Positions 62,030-64,000 of a stretch of DNA of 64,000 nucleotides are shown in pieces; the first letter of the stretch is position 1, and each line of letters opens with the position of its first letter. A program made the position numbers and the translations under genes. Under the pieces are notes generated by a model. The model saw only the letters and a list, made by a program, of their open reading frames with translations, did not search any database and was not told the DNA's origin. The DNA is taken from positions 49,662,001 through 49,726,000 of the forward strand of contig NC_091995.1 in the NCBI RefSeq assembly GCF_044704955.1, in the 5' to 3' direction. Origin of the DNA: Pristiophorus japonicus (lineage: Eukaryota).

Positions 62030-63560
62030 GGGCTAGATTTTCCACTTTTGTGCTTACGCCCAAAAATGTGCGTTATTTCCGGCATAAGCGGTAAAAAAGA
62101 TTTTTCAGATCGCCAGCTTCTTGCCCATTCTCAAAGCACATAGTTTCCATTTTTGAAAATGGGCTTCACCGCGAGCGATATGAAATGGGCGGTAGCGTTA
62201 AATCTTTTTGACCTTCTGCCGTAAAGTGTGGCCATCCTTATCAATGACATGGCATGCTCGATTCCTGCGATTCAGGGGGTCAAGGGTCATCATGACATGC
62301 GCAGAAGAGGAGACAGAGAGAGAGGGAGCTCAGAGGGACTAAAGGCGTGTCTGGGTGTGGTGTGGCTGCTTTGGGAGGAAGGAGGGAGACTTTCGAGCTT
62401 CACAGCAAGTAGTCAAACAAAAATTAGCTGTTACCAGCCACATATTTGCCTGAATTTGGCTTATAATGGAGATAGAGGAGAAGGCATCAGAGCACGCTGT
62501 GGTAACTGACTGTGAGGTGGGAGAGGAGCACATTGGAGGGCGCAAAAGAGCCATGAGGTTTTCGGACGAGGCAAATGCCTCCCTCCTGCAGGAGGTCAAG
62601 TGAAACTGGAGTGATTTGACACCGGGGAGGGCGTGGGAAGCCCACCCCAAAGGCCTACCAGAGGATATGGACCAAGATAGCAGAGATGGTCTCGTCGACG
62701 TCCAGCAAGGTTCGTGAGGGCAATCAATACTGCAAACGATGGAACGACATTGTAGGATCTGCAAGAGTAAGTACTTCATTGATTTACATGGACTTATGTA
62801 TTTATATAATTTGATTTGTAAGTCATGAGTGGCTATCAGCAGATGTGAGGTCTTTCACTTTTACCGGGAATGTTTTAATCAAAGCCTGCAGTCACGTTGC
62901 ATATCCTTAGATAAAGAATGATAATTTTCATAATAATCATGATTACATCTGTGGGTTATGTGTTGTGTCAGTCTCTGTGACAGTACCGAGCAATGATATC
63001 ACGCAATGATCTCATGCCATGTTGTCCTGTCACGTTTTACAGAAGAAGCTATTGACAATGAGGTCTATGCAGAGGTGAATGGGTGGGGGGCCACCAGTCC
63101 CCAGCGACATCACTGAGATGGAGGAGCTGGTGCTCGCACTCGTGGGGAAGGACACCCGAACAACCACGACGCATCTGCAGACCCTGAAGTGATACCACGT
63201 GAGCAAAGCTTACACCATGACGTGATGTGAAGTCAATAGATGCCACACACACACTTATCCGAACAACCACATATGATAGATGATTTCTAAAATTGTCATA
63301 GAAATAATGATGGCCTAATGAAAATCATTGCAATGCAAATGTGTTGATGGTCATGAAATGTGATGTCTGCGATGATTTTGAGAGTGGTGGTGCTTTTGCC
63401 GTGCATATGTTGTGTGTAGCGCTGGTCTCACCTTGTGACCCTAGCACCCCTTTCTCCTCCAATAACCTCATTTGTGTTTTGCAGCTCAGCCAGCAGCACG
63501 TCCGAAGGCAAGACCACAGAGGCCAGAAGGTGGGGGCGCGGGGCCCGACTCTCTGGAAGA
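62030..63560 (+). mobile_element. PIF/Harbinger transposon remnant with an intron-containing Myb/SANT-like gene (pseudogenised)
   Basis: Terminus GGGCTAGATTTTCC. Exon 62466-62766 reads RKRAMRFSDEANASLLQEV*..AYQRIWTKIAEMVS..REGNQYCKRWND|GTAAGT; next exon from 63043 reads KKLLTM..MGGGPP. Confidence 0.7.
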
Positions 63561-64000
63561 TCCTGTCTATCCTTCCTAAATGTTGAATATCCCTGGATGT
63601 TGAGTTCCCAGGTCACCCTGGAGCCATGTCTCCGTGATGCCAATTACATCATACCCGTTAACTGCTATCTGCGCAGTTAATTCGTCCACCTTATTACGAA
63701 TATTCCTCGCATTGAGGCACAGAGCCTTCAGGCTTGTCTTTTTAACTCACTTTACCCCTTTTTGTTTTTTGCCTTGGATTTCTCTGCCCTCCACTTTTAC
63801 TTTTCTCCTTTCTATCTTTTGCTTCTGCCTCCATTTTATTTCCCTCTGTCTCCCTGCATAGGTTCCCATCCCCCTGCCATATTAGTTTAACTCCTCCCCA
63901 ACAGCACGAGCAAACACTCCCCCTAGGACATCGGTTCCGGTCCTGCCCAGGTGCAGACTGTCCAGTTTGTACTGGTCCCACCTCCCCCAGAACTGGTTCC
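63560..64000 (-). mobile_element. CR1 ORF1/ORF2 junction fragment
   Basis: Reverse-complement match to 57630-58090. Confidence 0.85.

Overview
Eukaryotic, repeat-dense vertebrate DNA. The repeat repertoire (HER1/CR1 LINEs, SacSINE1/Deu-like tRNA SINEs, Tx1 and L2 LINEs) points to a cartilaginous fish (shark-like); this is inferred, not proven. Host-gene content is small. The + strand carries the alpha2 (482-757), alpha3 (2573-2842, in-frame TAG) and transmembrane (10945-11058) exons of a non-classical MHC class I-like gene, probably a pseudogene. There is also an intronless COX19 retrocopy (15886-16198, -) and an old local duplication carrying exon-like segments of an unidentified gene. The rest is mostly mobile DNA: many CR1 pieces including one near full-length copy with TATA-containing 70-bp 5' monomers, an L2, a decayed full-length hAT transposon, PIF/Harbinger-type MITEs plus a Myb/SANT-encoding Harbinger remnant, and several minisatellites. 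Two things stand out. (1) A two-copy array of a chimeric short retroelement (tRNA-Gly(TCC) head plus Tx1-LINE 3' tail) is inserted at a defined site inside a CR1 LINE, with three identical 14-bp target-site copies. (2) Three diverged ~3.3-kb Gypsy-type LTR elements encode Gag-zinc knuckle-protease but replace RT/RNaseH/integrase, at the same point, with a shared unknown in-frame domain. All homology calls are from recognised motifs, without database searches.
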